DNA from: a phage
Strand: one strand, 5' to 3'
Length of the DNA: 64,000 nucleotides
Sequence record: PX880099.1
How positions within the stretch are numbered: the first letter of the stretch is position 1; each line of letters opens with the position of its first letter. The position numbers and the translations under genes were made by a program. Shown piece by piece: positions 8,877-17,868 of the stretch. The notes under the pieces are model-generated. The model was given only the letters and a program-made list of their open reading frames with translations, ran no database searches and was not told the DNA's origin.

Positions 8877-9110
8877 ATGAAAGGTAACAAGATGAAAGTT
8901 AATCAGGTACCGAGCGCATACACTCTGTGGCTTGCGCGAGCGTTAAACCAGACGATCAAAAATCCTAAGAAGCCAATGAAGAGTGGGAAGAAGTTTATGT
9001 CTAAGGGCAAAACAACCTTTGGCTTCACTCGTATGTCTGTTAAGATGAAAAGACTGGGGTATAAGCCAAACTACGCTCGTTACCCTTCCGAATACAACTG
9101 GTTTGATTAA
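8877..9110 (+). CDS. hypothetical basic protein (77 aa)
   Basis: ATG 8877 after SD AAGGAGG; Lys/Arg-rich. Confidence 0.5.
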   Translation: MKGNKMKVNQVPSAYTLWLARALNQTIKNPKKPMKSGKKFMSKGKTTFGFTRMSVKMKRLGYKPNYARYPSEYNWFD

Positions 9111-9125
9111 AGAGGAGAACAAAAC

Positions 9126-9410
9126 ATGAAAACATCTATTCGCGTGAAACATGATCCAAACAGCAGTTACCCATACGCGTATGTTGAACGTCATGAAGGA
9201 GACTATTACACCATAAAACGTAAAGTCCCAACTGATACAGGGTTTAACTTCGATGTTATCGCACTGGATGATCAAGGTGTTGATAATCTGGTGAACGCAT
9301 TACTCGCATTGAAGGAAGTACGACATGAAAATCAGACTAAAGGTAAAGTGGCTTTCGATTCTTGTGATCGTTTAGCCGAAGAGATTGCCGAATGGCGTGA
9401 CACTAACTAA
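9126..9410 (+). CDS. hypothetical protein (94 aa)
   Basis: SD AGAGGAGAACAAAACATG. Confidence 0.55.
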   Translation: MKTSIRVKHDPNSSYPYAYVERHEGDYYTIKRKVPTDTGFNFDVIALDDQGVDNLVNALLALKEVRHENQTKGKVAFDSCDRLAEEIAEWRDTN

Positions 9411-9425
9411 AACAGGAGAAAGATT

Positions 9426-9602
9426 ATGGCTACTTTTCAACAACTGAAAGATGTTTCACGTTTAGTAAGAAAAATCCGAGAAGCAGACGCTGCTGTGCGA
9501 AATGCACTAACGCCAGCAGAGCGTGAAGATCTTGAAGAGGAGGTGAAAACAGCCGAGAATGCTTTTGCTGCGTATCTTTCAACACTGTATACAGGAGGTT
9601 AA
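9426..9602 (+). CDS. hypothetical protein (58 aa)
   Basis: SD AGGAGAAAGATTATG; fills gap; below ORF-track cutoff. Confidence 0.45.
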   Translation: MATFQQLKDVSRLVRKIREADAAVRNALTPAEREDLEEEVKTAENAFAAYLSTLYTGG

Positions 9603-9917
9603 ATGTCAGAAGAACTTAAAGAATTTTATCAGGCATATCATAACTGGCTATTAGCTGGTGCTCCAGATAATAATCCTTTCTGGCATGATAAAGGGTTATG
9701 TAGCTGCCTATATCTTTGGTCTGGTGGTTATGATGACCTAAATTATGAAATGCAAATGCAATTCCGCGAAGCAGGTTTGTCTGAAGAATACCCGTTTGAT
9801 GATGGGGATTGGTTTAAATATGATTTTGCACAAAGAAACGGGCTGCTACATTTGAATGCTGCTCGTATAAAATGGGTAAAAGATCATGTCACACAGGAGG
9901 ATGTGCAATGCCTATAG
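9603..9917 (+). CDS. hypothetical protein, paralog family A (member 2)
   Basis: FYQAYHNWLLAGAPDNNPF..GLCSCL..IKWVKDH. Confidence 0.6.
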   Translation: MSEELKEFYQAYHNWLLAGAPDNNPFWHDKGLCSCLYLWSGGYDDLNYEMQMQFREAGLSEEYPFDDGDWFKYDFAQRNGLLHLNAARIKWVKDHVTQEDVQCL

Positions 9918-10108
9918 TGTTTGTTTTCTTGGCAATTGTTATGGTGGTTCTTTTCGCTGTATGGCTTTGGGATTTTGACCCAGGAGCCGCGCAGCAAAGA
10001 GCTACAGACTTGAAAGAACAATGTATTGTGCTCAAACATGAACGAAATGCGGAGAAATTTCTTGACCTGGAGTGTGATCGCCTTGTAAGATACAAGCAAG
10101 ATAAATAA
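9908..10108 (+). CDS. small membrane protein (66 aa)
   Basis: ATG 9908 after SD AGGAGG; TM segment IVFVFLAIVMVVLFAVWLW. Confidence 0.5.
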   Translation: MPIVFVFLAIVMVVLFAVWLWDFDPGAAQQRATDLKEQCIVLKHERNAEKFLDLECDRLVRYKQDK

Positions 10109-10122
10109 CCTTGAGGTGCAAA

Positions 10123-10311
10123 ATGGTAATTGAGATTAAACTTGAATATGCTGGGGCTGTTGCCTTGATCGCACAAATGCTTGGAGCAAAGATTGAAGAA
10201 GTGTATATCAACGCCTGGAGCGTAGAGATTGATGTTCCTATGGACAACATTGCTAATCGCTTGCTGGTGGCAGAGTGTGAACGCACCAACATAATCTACA
10301 AAGGAACATAA
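10123..10311 (+). CDS. hypothetical protein (62 aa)
   Basis: ATG 10123 after SD GAGGTG. Confidence 0.45.
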   Translation: MVIEIKLEYAGAVALIAQMLGAKIEEVYINAWSVEIDVPMDNIANRLLVAECERTNIIYKGT

Positions 10312-10312
10312 T

Positions 10313-10534
10313 ATGAAAATTAGAGTTTGTGATGTATTGGGTTATGTTGGTTTTGAGAATGTTCAGATTCCTTTTGTTGTTGAAGCACATCTTGTTAGTG
10401 AGGATATGACAACATTCTTTGTTACGATAGAAGAAATGTCCAAAGTTGAGGGATGGGAGTGGTTTGAAGAAGATGTTTGGGAAGGTTGTGATTACGTATT
10501 TTTCTCTGACGAAGTGAATGTTCTTGCGGAGTAG
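10313..10534 (+). CDS. hypothetical protein (73 aa)
   Basis: ORF directly abutting upstream stop. Confidence 0.5.
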   Translation: MKIRVCDVLGYVGFENVQIPFVVEAHLVSEDMTTFFVTIEEMSKVEGWEWFEEDVWEGCDYVFFSDEVNVLAE

Positions 10535-10536
10535 GT

Positions 10537-10743
10537 ATGTCTTGTTTTACAAAAGCAGTCTCCATATGTAAGAAACAGTATGAAAGTGATTACGGAATAT
10601 TTAATATTCCAGTAGATCATACAGTGTATTGTTCATGTGGTGGCAGAATGAAGAAAACAGTGATTTATGCGGATAATGGAGATGAACTTGTTCCAGTTAT
10701 GGTTTGCAAAGCTTGTCATTCTGTTAAAACATTAAAAGCGTAA
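10537..10743 (+). CDS. zinc-ribbon protein (68 aa)
   Basis: CSCGG...CKAC cysteine pairs. Confidence 0.5.
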   Translation: MSCFTKAVSICKKQYESDYGIFNIPVDHTVYCSCGGRMKKTVIYADNGDELVPVMVCKACHSVKTLKA

Positions 10744-10839
10744 GGAGTCGGGACACCCGACGATTGGAGCTAAAAATTTTGCGTACAACCCTTTCCGCCC
10801 AACAGGGGGCGCATCGGGTAAACAAAGAGGAGAGTTTAT

Positions 10840-11238
10840 ATGAAAAAGATTATCGTAGGTTTATTGTTACTCATTGCATCTCTTGGAACAGCGAATGCAT
10901 CTCAAGTTTATGAGTGTGTATCAGACGTAGTTGTTAAAAATCTGAAAGGTGAAGTGATTTCTGGTCCTAAGAAAATGGCTTCTGTTGTCATTAATAAAGA
11001 CAACTCCTTTATCCTTAAAAATTCGGGTGGTGCTTTGATGAGCGGTATTCTTCAAAACACAGGAGGAAAGAGTAAAGATGGAAGTTCTATGTACGGTTCA
11101 CAGCAGTTTATTGGCACTACCGAAGTTGTGATGATGCGCACAGAGTATCGAGATACTTTAGCTTGGTTTGCATTTCTAAAAAATGATAAAACAATAACGA
11201 ATGTTCTTACTCTAGAAGCTGATTGTACGCAACGATAA
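10840..11238 (+). CDS. secreted protein with signal peptide (132 aa)
   Basis: MKKIIVGLLLLIASLGTANA signal-like N-terminus; SD AGAGGAGAG. Confidence 0.55.
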   Translation: MKKIIVGLLLLIASLGTANASQVYECVSDVVVKNLKGEVISGPKKMASVVINKDNSFILKNSGGALMSGILQNTGGKSKDGSSMYGSQQFIGTTEVVMMRTEYRDTLAWFAFLKNDKTITNVLTLEADCTQR

Positions 11239-11246
11239 GGGGATTT

Positions 11247-11693
11247 ATGACTAAAGTGAGGCATTACGCTGTAAACTGCAACGATGCTTGGCGTTTGTGT
11301 CCTGATGATCCGACAGAAGGCACATTTGTAAGATATGAGGATTATAAAGAGTTATCGGATGCTGTGATCGCATTGTTAACTGATATCCGTTCACGTTATC
11401 CAGGACAAGATTTCACTTGCCCTCACATCAAACTTCTTGCTTGTCTGGTAGAAGGTGAGAAAGAAGTGGAAGATGGCTTCAAGCGTGTAGAGTATCAAGG
11501 TGAAACTTTAGAGGTTCCTGAATTTGTTAATTATATTGCAACAGATTCGAGTGGCGAGCGTTATGGCTACAGCCATAAGCCAGAGATTCCTGATTGGATT
11601 CCCGCTTGGAGATATTCCGTTAGGACCGGAGACTATATCTTCCTTGGTGTAGGTAGTAGTAAGGATTGGCGTTTCTCTTTGACAGAGGTTTAA
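11247..11693 (+). CDS. hypothetical protein (148 aa)
   Basis: ATG 11247 after SD AAGGGGA; track start is TTG 11223. Confidence 0.5.
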   Translation: MTKVRHYAVNCNDAWRLCPDDPTEGTFVRYEDYKELSDAVIALLTDIRSRYPGQDFTCPHIKLLACLVEGEKEVEDGFKRVEYQGETLEVPEFVNYIATDSSGERYGYSHKPEIPDWIPAWRYSVRTGDYIFLGVGSSKDWRFSLTEV

Positions 11694-11697
11694 TAAT

Positions 11698-11961
11698 ATG
11701 GAAGAAACATTACCAGCAGCATATCGTTTGAATGATGAGCGTATTTGGGAGTGGACCGACGTTTCTTGTTTTTACCCTGAAATAGTTCAGTATTGGCGAG
11801 CGAAAGGGTGTGTTGTAGTTATCAACCCTTGTGGACCAGTGGATGAAGATTGCTTGTATCTCGATGGAAAGTGGCACAGTTATTGTCGCTGGCCTTTTGA
11901 GTGGATGTGTAAAGAAGATCTCCCAGAGGGTTGGGAGTATCCAAAAGCAAATAGGAGATAA
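11698..11961 (+). CDS. hypothetical Cys-rich protein (87 aa)
   Basis: ORF; several Cys/Trp. Confidence 0.5.
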   Translation: MEETLPAAYRLNDERIWEWTDVSCFYPEIVQYWRAKGCVVVINPCGPVDEDCLYLDGKWHSYCRWPFEWMCKEDLPEGWEYPKANRR

Positions 11962-11962
11962 T

Positions 11963-12325
11963 ATGTCTAAAGATTTTGTTGAAGTGTTTGTCAAAGATGA
12001 AGAAACTGGTTTAGGCACGGGTTTCATTTGTGAAGAAACTTTTAAACGTGAACAAGAAAAAGCTATCCTTATGCGAAACTATGATCATGCACTAGAACAA
12101 TGGAAAAATGCAGAACAAAAATGCAAAAACCTTTATGCAGAAAATAGAAAACTACAAGATCAAATGGAGTTGTTAGCTATCAGTTTACGATCTCTCATTT
12201 TGGCTGTAGAAGATGGTTTTAAAAATCCAGATGGTTTTCCTGTGAGCGATATTGAACATGATTTGTATCTTGCTCGTGGTGCTTACTTTTATGTTAAACA
12301 GAAGTCTGTAGAAGGAGAGAAGTGA
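11963..12325 (+). CDS. hypothetical coiled-coil protein (120 aa)
   Basis: ATG 11963 after SD AGGAGATAAT. Confidence 0.5.
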   Translation: MSKDFVEVFVKDEETGLGTGFICEETFKREQEKAILMRNYDHALEQWKNAEQKCKNLYAENRKLQDQMELLAISLRSLILAVEDGFKNPDGFPVSDIEHDLYLARGAYFYVKQKSVEGEK

Positions 12326-12522
12326 TGGAAGAAAAACTGGAACGTATTATCGAGTTAGCCATGTCTATTGGCTACGACGATTGTTTTCTCCAAACTATTG
12401 GAGAAACACAGAACGATTACGACTCTTGGGTGAAAGAGTTGGAAGAACTCAAAACTTCCTTGATTGCTGACTTTGCTGAAGCAGAGGATAAAGCGGATCG
12501 TTACAACTATCTGTGTCGATAA
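12322..12522 (+). CDS. hypothetical protein (66 aa)
   Basis: ATGA-coupled. Confidence 0.5.
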   Translation: MMEEKLERIIELAMSIGYDDCFLQTIGETQNDYDSWVKELEELKTSLIADFAEAEDKADRYNYLCR

Positions 12523-12525
12523 ACC

Positions 12526-12553
12526 TTGACATTTCTTTTATGTATGGTATACA
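12526..12553 (+). promoter_or_regulatory. sigma70-like promoter (TTGACA-16-TATACA)
   Basis: TTGACA 12526-12531; TATACA 12548-12553. Confidence 0.5.
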
Positions 12554-12583
12554 TACATTATCAACACAGATAAGGAGAGAAAA

Positions 12584-12928
12584 ATGATTAAACTCTTATG
12601 TGCAGAGTCTTCTGTCGAGTTCCTTAAAGAGGGTAAGCAGTATCTAGCTTCCCAAGTTATAGATAATCCAGGTTTGTTTTATATTACAGACGAAGAAGGG
12701 GATACCCTGTGTATCTCTTTGATTATGGATTGTGGTCGGTTTCATGTAATTGAGGATGACACTATTCGTCTCTTTGAGGTTTCCTACACAAAAGACAATG
12801 GTCCTGTCCGTAAATATCAAATTCCAGCAAAATCCGCCTTTAACGCATGTGTACGATTAGGTCAAATCTACGGGGACGATAAAGATTGTCGTGAAGATGT
12901 ATTTATCAACGTGATCGAGGTAAAATAA
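12584..12928 (+). CDS. hypothetical protein (114 aa)
   Basis: SD AAGGAGAGAAAAATG. Confidence 0.55.
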   Translation: MIKLLCAESSVEFLKEGKQYLASQVIDNPGLFYITDEEGDTLCISLIMDCGRFHVIEDDTIRLFEVSYTKDNGPVRKYQIPAKSAFNACVRLGQIYGDDKDCREDVFINVIEVK

Positions 12929-13254
12929 TGAAAACAAGTAAAGATTTGATGGAGTTTTATAAAATTTATCTAGCATGGATTGATGTTGGTGCTCCTGATG
13001 GTAAACCTTTTCGGCGGGATTGTGGTTTGTGTGCCAACTTGTTCGATTATGTGCACAGAGGTAATTACAACCCCATTATAACAACCTTGTCAGATGAAAT
13101 GCACGCACAGTTTTACCATAAAGGGTTGAATCAAGGACTCCCTTTCAATGAGAACTACGATGCATATGTCTTAGAGTCAGATGCAGATGCCTGTCACCTG
13201 AACGTGGACAGAATTAATTGGGTAAGAGATCGTATTGCAGAGGAGGATGAATAA
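12928..13254 (+). CDS. hypothetical protein, paralog family A (member 3)
   Basis: FYKIYLAWIDVGAPDGKPF..GLCANL..INWVRDR. Confidence 0.6.
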   Translation: MKTSKDLMEFYKIYLAWIDVGAPDGKPFRRDCGLCANLFDYVHRGNYNPIITTLSDEMHAQFYHKGLNQGLPFNENYDAYVLESDADACHLNVDRINWVRDRIAEEDE

Positions 13255-13481
13255 TGTCGGATTATAACTGGTATGAACTTGAAGCTGTTTGTCAGTTTTA
13301 TGATTCAATAGTTCTACGTGATCCAATCTGTCAAGAATTGAGTCGCCGTGCAAGTGCATTGGCAATCCGTGTTAAAATAAATGGTTGGAACCCAGACTTG
13401 GAAAAAGAGTTGGAATTTCTCTTAGAAACAACACGTGTCTTCCACAAAGTGTTCCCTGAATGGTTTGAGATGGAAGAATGA
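13254..13481 (+). CDS. hypothetical protein (75 aa)
   Basis: Translationally coupled ORF. Confidence 0.5.
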   Translation: MSDYNWYELEAVCQFYDSIVLRDPICQELSRRASALAIRVKINGWNPDLEKELEFLLETTRVFHKVFPEWFEMEE

Positions 13482-13699
13482 TCATGTGGATTGTGCGTCT
13501 TAAGTATGATGGCCCTAATCCTTGGGTGAGAACAGTTTGCGGATGTGATACTAAAGAGTCAGCAGATAAAGCTGGAAGAATGATAAGTGCCTTTTATAAT
13601 AGTAAACCTCTTTGTTTAGAAATGTCTGGTGTGGTTTGTATGAGCATGTTCGAATACTACTCTTATGAGATCAAAGAACACCAAGGAGAATGGAAATAA
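13478..13699 (+). CDS. hypothetical protein (73 aa)
   Basis: Coupled ORF. Confidence 0.45.
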   Translation: MIMWIVRLKYDGPNPWVRTVCGCDTKESADKAGRMISAFYNSKPLCLEMSGVVCMSMFEYYSYEIKEHQGEWK

Positions 13700-13703
13700 A
13701 TCG

Positions 13704-13732
13704 TTGACAGAAGGATCTGTCTTTGTCATAAT
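13704..13732 (+). promoter_or_regulatory. sigma70-like promoter (TTGACA-17-CATAAT)
   Basis: TTGACA 13704-13709; CATAAT 13727-13732. Confidence 0.5.
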
Positions 13733-13761
13733 CATCTCATCGAAACAAAGAGGAGAAAATC

Positions 13762-14175
13762 ATGAAAAAGTTTATTTGCACCCGTTCCACTAACAGTGAT
13801 ATCCTTGTAGGTAAGGTTATCAAAGGAGAACTCTTCCATGCAAACGGTAAGAAATATATTCTGCTGAAAGATTCTTTCAACGGGGAATATCCGCGCTGCA
13901 CTTTCTTCAATTACAACACTCCGTTTGCTTTAGAAGGAGATGCTTGGGAATGGGCTGAACTCAATCCTTGTTGTGAGGAAGAAGAATCTATGTTCTTAGG
14001 TTTAAACGTTTACCGTGTAGATTACACCATGTGCGGAGCGGAACATTCTGTTCGCGTAGAAGCCGAATCCAAACTACAAGCACCTTTCAAGGCAGGATTG
14101 ACTTTGGGTCATTGTTTGGCAAACATTGAAGATGTTGTGATCCAAAGAGTTGTTTTAGAGAAAGAGGCTATTTGA
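13762..14175 (+). CDS. hypothetical protein (137 aa)
   Basis: SD AAAGAGGAGAAAATCATG. Confidence 0.55.
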   Translation: MKKFICTRSTNSDILVGKVIKGELFHANGKKYILLKDSFNGEYPRCTFFNYNTPFALEGDAWEWAELNPCCEEEESMFLGLNVYRVDYTMCGAEHSVRVEAESKLQAPFKAGLTLGHCLANIEDVVIQRVVLEKEAI

Positions 14176-14227
14176 GAGAAGACGGCACAATATTTAAATA
14201 TAAAGATTAACCACAAAGGAGATAGAT

Positions 14228-14527
14228 ATGCAAGTTGAAGACCTGATCAAAATTTTGAATGAAGCCAAAGAGAAAGGTGCTATCAAGGACTGGAAACGTG
14301 AAACAAGTGAAGACCTATCTCACTGTTGCCGAGAATTTTACATCGAAGGTATTGCTAACGATCATTATACTATTGAATGGTATATTAACTTAATGACTCT
14401 TAAACACGGTTCATTTGAGGTTTGGTTTGATGACATTGATGTAAATGGTTTTCATCCTGGCTATAAAATCGCTATGCAGTTATCTTATCGTAGAGAAGTT
14501 GTAGCACATTTGGGTTTACATAACTAA
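14228..14527 (+). CDS. hypothetical protein (99 aa)
   Basis: SD AAAGGAGATAGATATG. Confidence 0.55.
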   Translation: MQVEDLIKILNEAKEKGAIKDWKRETSEDLSHCCREFYIEGIANDHYTIEWYINLMTLKHGSFEVWFDDIDVNGFHPGYKIAMQLSYRREVVAHLGLHN

Positions 14528-14537
14528 GGAGAAAAGA

Positions 14538-14861
14538 ATGCAAGCAGTTGTTAACGAAGCTATTATGAACTTATCCTTCTTGTTAGCTGGTTTAGGAGGT
14601 GTTCTCATAGGTTTGGCTCTTATCTGGTGTATTCGTCGATTAATCGGGTACCGACAAAAAGGTGTTTCATGTTTTGTATCTTACAATTTTACAACTGCTT
14701 ACAGCAATGAGGTTGGATCTGGTAATGCTCAAGCATTTTTACCAACATATCCTCCTACGGTGGAAGATATTCGAAACTTGGAAGTAGAACTTATGGGACT
14801 AAGTGATAACTATACATCTCTCGTTATTCAAAATATTTTTCGACTAAAACAGGAGGCGTGA
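14538..14861 (+). CDS. membrane protein (107 aa)
   Basis: TM segment LSFLLAGLGGVLIGLALIWCI. Confidence 0.5.
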   Translation: MQAVVNEAIMNLSFLLAGLGGVLIGLALIWCIRRLIGYRQKGVSCFVSYNFTTAYSNEVGSGNAQAFLPTYPPTVEDIRNLEVELMGLSDNYTSLVIQNIFRLKQEA

Positions 14862-15074
14862 ATGAAGGCACATTACCCTCATCCCTTTGATCCTAAAAAC
14901 AAAGCCGTAATTCTTCGTCAGTGGCAACGGGTTTGTCGTACTAAATGTCCAATTAATAGCCAACACAATGTGGACAAGGACTATCTTGGGACATTTGTTG
15001 AATACACTTACATAGACAAAAACAAGCGTAAACAACATGTCGAGGAATACTGTTTAAGAGTAGAATGGCTGTAA
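14862..15074 (+). CDS. hypothetical protein (70 aa)
   Basis: Coupled ORF. Confidence 0.5.
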   Translation: MKAHYPHPFDPKNKAVILRQWQRVCRTKCPINSQHNVDKDYLGTFVEYTYIDKNKRKQHVEEYCLRVEWL

Positions 15075-15086
15075 ATAATAAATACC

Positions 15087-15115
15087 TTGACAAGTGTTTA
15101 TTCGTTTTGTAAAGT
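15087..15115 (+). promoter_or_regulatory. sigma70-like promoter (TTGACA-17-TAAAGT)
   Basis: TTGACA 15087-15092; TAAAGT 15110-15115. Confidence 0.5.
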
Positions 15116-15144
15116 GAGAATACAGCAATGGTTTAGGAGTGGTT

Positions 15145-15816
15145 ATGAAAAAGTTTGTTGTTTACAGTCGTCTTTCTAAACAGAAAAAAGGTGAGGCACA
15201 ATATGGTATGGAGAGCCAAGAGAATGATATCCGTTACTTCTTAGACTCTGTGCCTGATGCGGAAGTTATTGGTCAATTTTCTGAATACTATTCTGGTAAG
15301 GGCGATTGGAAGCAACGTAAGGAACTGGTTAAAGCGGTTGAAATGTGTAAAGCTACCGGAGCAACTTTATTGGTAGCTAAAGTTGACCGCTTGGGTCGTA
15401 ACAACGCCTCCGTAGCAACTCTTCTGGAGATGATCGATGTTAAGATAGCCATCATGCCAGACGCAGATAAAATGGTTATACAGCTTCTATCTGTTCTGGC
15501 TGAACAAGAAGTTAGAGGTATTGCTGATCGTATTAAAAAGGGTCTTGCTGTAGCAAAAAGTAAAGGTGTTTTATTAGGTAGTGCTAATCCTAAAACTGCC
15601 GCTGCACGTAGAAAAGGAAAAATGGAATACAACTCTGTTAAAGCAGACGCTTTTGCAGAGACATTCCGTGAACGCTTGGAGATCCTTAGAGATTTAAATA
15701 CACCTTACAAAACTATTGCTGAAAAATTCAATAGTAAGAAAATAGCAACAGCACGTGGTGGTAAATGGGATGCTAAAACTGTTTCTCGTTTGTGTGCCAG
15801 ACTTAACATTAAATAG
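15145..15816 (+). CDS. serine recombinase (resolvase/invertase family)
   Basis: N-terminal catalytic motifs VVYSRLSKQKKGE...G.ESQ and LLVAKVDRLGRN; C-terminal recombinase-like segment GGKWDAKTVSRL. Confidence 0.8.
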   Translation: MKKFVVYSRLSKQKKGEAQYGMESQENDIRYFLDSVPDAEVIGQFSEYYSGKGDWKQRKELVKAVEMCKATGATLLVAKVDRLGRNNASVATLLEMIDVKIAIMPDADKMVIQLLSVLAEQEVRGIADRIKKGLAVAKSKGVLLGSANPKTAAARRKGKMEYNSVKADAFAETFRERLEILRDLNTPYKTIAEKFNSKKIATARGGKWDAKTVSRLCARLNIK

Positions 15817-15824
15817 GAGAGGAT

Positions 15825-16235
15825 ATGAAACAAGAAAATGAATCTGTAGATCACTTAATCATGCTGTCAACCCTTTTTGCCGGATGGGACGTATTTTTTG
15901 AAAATTTGTTCAATTCTGCTACAGATGGTTCCGATTTTATGCGGCAGTTTAAACGACGAACTGTTGAGGACTATGCTTTCTATTCAGGTCGGATTGAAAA
16001 AGGTTACGAAGATACAAATACAACACTCACCATTAAAGTTTTAGATGTGATGTTTAGTGTTATAGATGCTATCGACGAAAGTCTTCCGATCCTGGACAAT
16101 TGTAATACGAAAGCCTATGTTTACAAAATAGCCCGTGCTTATGTGTCTGCAAACAGTTGTCTTCTTTCCACGCAGATTGCCGTGAACAATCTTGCCAACT
16201 TGTTCGACGAAGGAGAAACTTTTTATGACAATTGA
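15825..16235 (+). CDS. hypothetical protein (136 aa)
   Basis: SD AGGAGAGGATATG. Confidence 0.55.
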   Translation: MKQENESVDHLIMLSTLFAGWDVFFENLFNSATDGSDFMRQFKRRTVEDYAFYSGRIEKGYEDTNTTLTIKVLDVMFSVIDAIDESLPILDNCNTKAYVYKIARAYVSANSCLLSTQIAVNNLANLFDEGETFYDN

Positions 16236-16590
16236 TTTGAAGTGTAAAAGGATTCTTTTAGATTTCTATAATAATTGGTTAGAACACCTCCGTCTCTTTC
16301 CAAGAGAAAGTGGTTACGCTGATGTTGGCTTATGCCGAGGTCTACGTATGTATATAAGTGATGAATTTCGGGCCGAGCATTCTTTAGCATATTCTGTTTA
16401 TGGTATGCAATTAGCCAGTTTTGAAAACGCTGGCTTAGATACAACTTTCCCATTTAACACAGCAAAATCTTTTGAGCAAGAGTGTAAGGAAAAACGTTGC
16501 ATGTTTAATGAAAAACGTGTACAGTGGGTTAAGGATCGAGTTAAACAACTGGAACAAGAGTTGGATTTCTTCTATGATGAGGCAGAATAA
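16225..16590 (+). CDS. hypothetical protein, paralog family A (member 4)
   Basis: ATG 16225 after SD AGGAGA; LLDFYNNWL..GLCRGL..FPF..VQWVKDR. Confidence 0.55.
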   Translation: MTIDLKCKRILLDFYNNWLEHLRLFPRESGYADVGLCRGLRMYISDEFRAEHSLAYSVYGMQLASFENAGLDTTFPFNTAKSFEQECKEKRCMFNEKRVQWVKDRVKQLEQELDFFYDEAE

Positions 16591-16862
16591 TGGATAGACA
16601 AACCTTAAAAACAATGGCAGATGCCACTAATTCCCCGTACTTTGAAAAAGTAAGTAAATTGGTAGCTCAAGCCGCAGAGGAAGGATATTATAACATAAAC
16701 ATCCACAACCCAAGTCTTATACTAGAAATGCCAAGTGATAAGAAGATACAAGAAAGTATCTGTGAAGGTATTGTTAGTTACTGGCGCGAGCGTGGGTGTG
16801 GTGCAAACATGGCTTTAGACAGTGCAAACATTGTAAGATATATAAATATTTCTTGGGGGTGA
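16590..16862 (+). CDS. hypothetical protein (90 aa)
   Basis: ATGA-coupled. Confidence 0.5.
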   Translation: MDRQTLKTMADATNSPYFEKVSKLVAQAAEEGYYNINIHNPSLILEMPSDKKIQESICEGIVSYWRERGCGANMALDSANIVRYINISWG

Positions 16863-16866
16863 TTTT

Positions 16867-17478
16867 ATGATTCAATGCACTCATATCCAAATTACTTGGA
16901 GAGATGAACTTTACCATTTGGGACAATTTACTGTAGGGGAAACATACCCTATCATTAAACATAATCCTAACATCGCAAACTTTGACAGGATGGTTCTTGT
17001 TGAGGACGATCTAGGTCAAACTTATTCTTTAGATCTAAAATATCCGTTTTCTTACGGCTACGATTGGATCGTTACTTTTGAAGACGTGGAGGAAAATAAA
17101 ACAATGAACGAAAAAAATTCTTGGTATTATCGTTGTGAACTGCCGCCAGTAGGTGAAAAGGTTATCTTTGTTCCTGATTTGGAAAGATATTCTTGGGACA
17201 GTTCTTATTCTGTTCCTAAAGAAGGCACCGAAGTTGAAGTTATTGCACATCGCACAACTTCGCATGGTAACGATGTAGCAGTTGTTTTCTGGGATGATGA
17301 AGGCGCTGCTTGTGCAGGTGGCTTTGTTGCAGGTAATTTTGAACCCCTGCCAGATCCTTTGAAGGAGGCAATTTTAGGCGTAGCTTCTTTTGGACTCTCT
17401 TACACATCTGCACAGGAGATCGTAGAAGGTATTTTAAACGGTACCGTTCCAAACGAAATTTTCAAACAGATTAAATAA
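16867..17478 (+). CDS. hypothetical protein (203 aa)
   Basis: ORF with no competing frame. Confidence 0.55.
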   Translation: MIQCTHIQITWRDELYHLGQFTVGETYPIIKHNPNIANFDRMVLVEDDLGQTYSLDLKYPFSYGYDWIVTFEDVEENKTMNEKNSWYYRCELPPVGEKVIFVPDLERYSWDSSYSVPKEGTEVEVIAHRTTSHGNDVAVVFWDDEGAACAGGFVAGNFEPLPDPLKEAILGVASFGLSYTSAQEIVEGILNGTVPNEIFKQIK

Positions 17479-17484
17479 CAGTTG

Positions 17485-17510
17485 CACCCCGTTCTTCGGG
17501 GTGTTATTGT
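17485..17510 (+). terminator. hairpin CACCCCGTTCTTCGGGGTG + TTATTGT
   Basis: 7-bp stem with UUCU loop, weak U tract. Confidence 0.45.
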
Positions 17511-17529
17511 ATACGTAAAGGAGGAGATA

Positions 17530-17868
17530 ATGTATTACACTGAAGACTACATACTGTATAACTTTTTTAAAGGCTGGTTGAAATGGGCTGAACAAGCTCC
17601 TGTCGGAGATTGTGTTTTTCCTTGGGATTCTCGTCAAGGTTTGTGTCGTTGTTTGGAAGATTGGCTTATAACCACAAACTACAACTCAGAAACTAAGAAA
17701 TCTACATCACAGAGACTAAAAATGTTATTTGAAGAAGATGGTTTAGATCCGATTTATCCTTTCGGTGAGGAAAGTTTCCACAATGGTCTTTTCCTTGGCA
17801 CTCAACATTATGATAAAGATCGTGTAGATTGGGTAAAAGAAAAGGTAGCACAGTATGAATGGGGTTAA
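17530..17868 (+). CDS. hypothetical protein, paralog family A (member 5)
   Basis: ATG 17530 after SD AAGGAGGAG; FFKGWLKWAEQAP..GLCRCL..YPF..VDWVKEK. Confidence 0.55.
   Translation: MYYTEDYILYNFFKGWLKWAEQAPVGDCVFPWDSRQGLCRCLEDWLITTNYNSETKKSTSQRLKMLFEEDGLDPIYPFGEESFHNGLFLGTQHYDKDRVDWVKEKVAQYEWG

Noticed and set aside
10747-10762. Hairpin GTCGGGACACCCGAC as a terminator
   Set aside because: No U-tract follows and the next gene starts 80 nt downstream with its own SD; could be a processing site but evidence is insufficient
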